Both the position numbers and the translations under genes were made by a program. A stretch of DNA of 24,000 nt, taken from assembly GCA_964562825.1 (NCBI GenBank), contig CAZLUZ010000018.1, positions 1-24,000 of the forward strand, given 5' to 3'. The notes beneath the pieces were generated by a model. It was given only the letters and a program-made list of their open reading frames with translations. It was not told where the DNA came from and did no database searches. Positions 22,652 through 24,000 of the stretch are shown here, one piece after another. Source of the stretch: an uncultured Akkermansia sp. (lineage in GTDB: Bacteria > Verrucomicrobiota > Verrucomicrobiia > Verrucomicrobiales > DEV007). How positions within the stretch are numbered: position 1 is the stretch's first letter; the number at the start of each line of letters is the position of its first letter.

Positions 22652-24000
22652 ATGGAAGACCCCAAACATACGGATGTGGTGATCGTGGGCGCCGGAGGAG
22701 GTGGCGGCATCGTCGCGAAGGAGTTGGCCGAGGCCGGGCGTTTTGTGGTCCTGCTGGAACGGGGAGAGCACCTCCCCTACGATCCGGAGCGGGATGACGA
22801 ATTGCAGTCTCAGCGGGGCCCCAGTCTCTACCTGGGCTATGGACCCGACGACGAGCGGTATCGCCGCGTGCTCGCGCACGACCCGGACCATCCCAGGGTG
22901 GTCACGCCATCCCATGGCGGCTATGGGGCCATCACCGCGGCAGTCGGCGGGGGCACCTCGGTCTACGGAGCGATGGCCTGGCGATTCATGGAAGTGGATT
23001 TCCGTCTGCGCTCTCACTACGGCGATATCGAGGGGGCGGGCCTGGAGGACTGGCCGATGACCTACGAGGAGCTCGAACCCTACTACACGAAAGCCGAGTG
23101 GGAGATCGGGGTTTCCGGAGACGACAGCGGAGACCCCAATGCTCCCCGGCGGAGCAAGCCCTATCCCATGCCGCCGTTTCCCTACGACAAATCCGGCCGC
23201 ATCGTCGAGGGGGGCGCGAAAAGTCTGGGGTGGCATCCCTTTCCCATCCCCATGGCCCGCAACTCCGAGGTCTATGGGGGACGACCGCCCTGCATCTACC
23301 GCAAACAATGTGTGGGATTCGCCTGTCCCATGCAGGCCAAGGGAGGGACGCAGAACACGGTTCTGCCCAAGGCGCTGGCCACCGGGAACTGCGAGTTGCG
23401 CACCCATGCCCAGGTATACGAGATCGTTCTGGACGACGCGGAAAGAGTCAGAGGAGTGCGCTACTTCGACCGCGAGGGCAAGAGCCGCTTGCAGACCGCT
23501 GATCGAGTCGTGATCTCGGCGAGTGCGGTGGAGACGGCACGACTTCTCCTGAACTCGGGGACCCGGAGATTCCCCCGCGGACTGGGCAACAATCGCGATC
23601 TGGTGGGGCGCTTTCTGCAGAACCATCACTACACCGGGGCTTCCGGTCTGTTCGAGGAGGAAATCCAGGGTGCCACCGGTCCGGGTGCCTCCGTCGCGGT
23701 GGCGGATTTCAACCATCACGACCCCGATCTCTTCGGCGGCGGGATTCTGGCGAACGAATTCATCTCACTGCCCGTGCGTTTCGCCGGTCGGCGTCCGCCC
23801 GGAGAGGCCCGCTGGGGAAAGGCGCACAAGGATTTCCAGCGCCGCTACTTTACCCGGACGCTCGAGGTCCAGGGGCCCATCCAGGAATTGCCCGTGGCGG
23901 ACTGCCGCGTTCAGGTGGATGCGAAAGTCAAGGACGCCTGGGGGGTGCCGGTTCCGCGCCTTTCGGGAAGCAAGCACCGCAGGGATCTCGATGCCGCCGA
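22652..24000 (+). CDS. GMC family FAD-dependent oxidoreductase (large flavoprotein subunit), 5' partial, continues beyond the window
   Basis: My own translation from ATG 22652: MEDPKHTDVVIVGAGGGGGIVAKELAEAGRFVVLLERG (FAD Rossmann GxGxxG), GGGTSVYGAMAWRF, MTYEELEPYYTKAEWEIGVSG, VISASAVETARLLLNSG. The frame is open to nt 24000 with no stop. It is absent from the ORF track, presumably because it has no in-window stop. Confidence 0.88.
   Translation, partial: MEDPKHTDVVIVGAGGGGGIVAKELAEAGRFVVLLERGEHLPYDPERDDELQSQRGPSLYLGYGPDDERYRRVLAHDPDHPRVVTPSHGGYGAITAAVGGGTSVYGAMAWRFMEVDFRLRSHYGDIEGAGLEDWPMTYEELEPYYTKAEWEIGVSGDDSGDPNAPRRSKPYPMPPFPYDKSGRIVEGGAKSLGWHPFPIPMARNSEVYGGRPPCIYRKQCVGFACPMQAKGGTQNTVLPKALATGNCELRTHAQVYEIVLDDAERVRGVRYFDREGKSRLQTADRVVISASAVETARLLLNSGTRRFPRGLGNNRDLVGRFLQNHHYTGASGLFEEEIQGATGPGASVAVADFNHHDPDLFGGGILANEFISLPVRFAGRRPPGEARWGKAHKDFQRRYFTRTLEVQGPIQELPVADCRVQVDAKVKDAWGVPVPRLSGSKHRRDLDAA

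Noticed and set aside
22205-23719. 504-aa minus-strand ORF
   Set aside because: It is antisense to the gamma-subunit and GMC oxidoreductase genes, which have a Tat signal and an FAD-binding motif respectively. The translation has no motifs.
1-24000. Search for CRISPR arrays, tRNA/rRNA genes, IS/transposase or integrase genes, and toxin-antitoxin or known defence cassettes
   Set aside because: I saw no spaced direct repeats, no cloverleaf-like conserved tRNA boxes, and no transposase/integrase-like ORFs. Intergenic space is too short (the largest gaps are about 220 nt) to hide such elements. The helicase-nuclease at the left edge looks AddA/RecB-like rather than part of a recognisable defence system, but its upstream context is outside the window.

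Overview
This is a GC-rich bacterial chromosomal window that is almost fully coding. I support 21 protein genes and recognised no rRNA, tRNA, CRISPR array or IS element by eye. The protein repertoire (a double FG-GAP/ASPIC-UnbV giant, this style of ECF sigma factor, a Tat-dependent GMC dehydrogenase pair) is reminiscent of Verrucomicrobiota/Planctomycetota, but taxonomy cannot be proven from the sequence alone. Housekeeping anchors are rlmN, rdgB, fxsA and an NAD(P)-malic enzyme.

A 12-gene co-directional minus-strand block (14277 down to 1544) contains the two regions worth a second look.

(i) 12664->7265 is a six-gene unit with junctions of 15 nt or less, one 11-nt overlap and two ATGA start/stop overlaps. 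It encodes a Rieske::TPP-enzyme fusion, malic enzyme, two tiny membrane proteins (one of 47 aa is absent from the ORF track), a ferric-reductase-like 6-TM::Rieske fusion, and a membrane-anchored Cys-motif protein. A secreted DM13 protein lies 75 nt upstream. I read this as an uncharacterised, 2-oxoacid-fed transmembrane electron-transfer module.

(ii) 7181->1544 encodes a DinB-like protein, an NRDE/TANGO2-like protein, an alpha/beta-hydrolase::DedA::ATP-grasp triple fusion and an OlsF-like bifunctional acyltransferase. The last three are chained by ATGA overlaps. This is a candidate cassette for amino-acid-lipid synthesis plus head-group remodelling.

Other points: the helicase-nuclease ORF at the left edge is broken by an in-frame TAA, and a partial GMC oxidoreductase running off the right edge is missing from the ORF track. 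The many long ORFs antisense to recognisable genes are treated as GC-driven artefacts. All functional assignments rest on motif recognition by eye; no searches were run.
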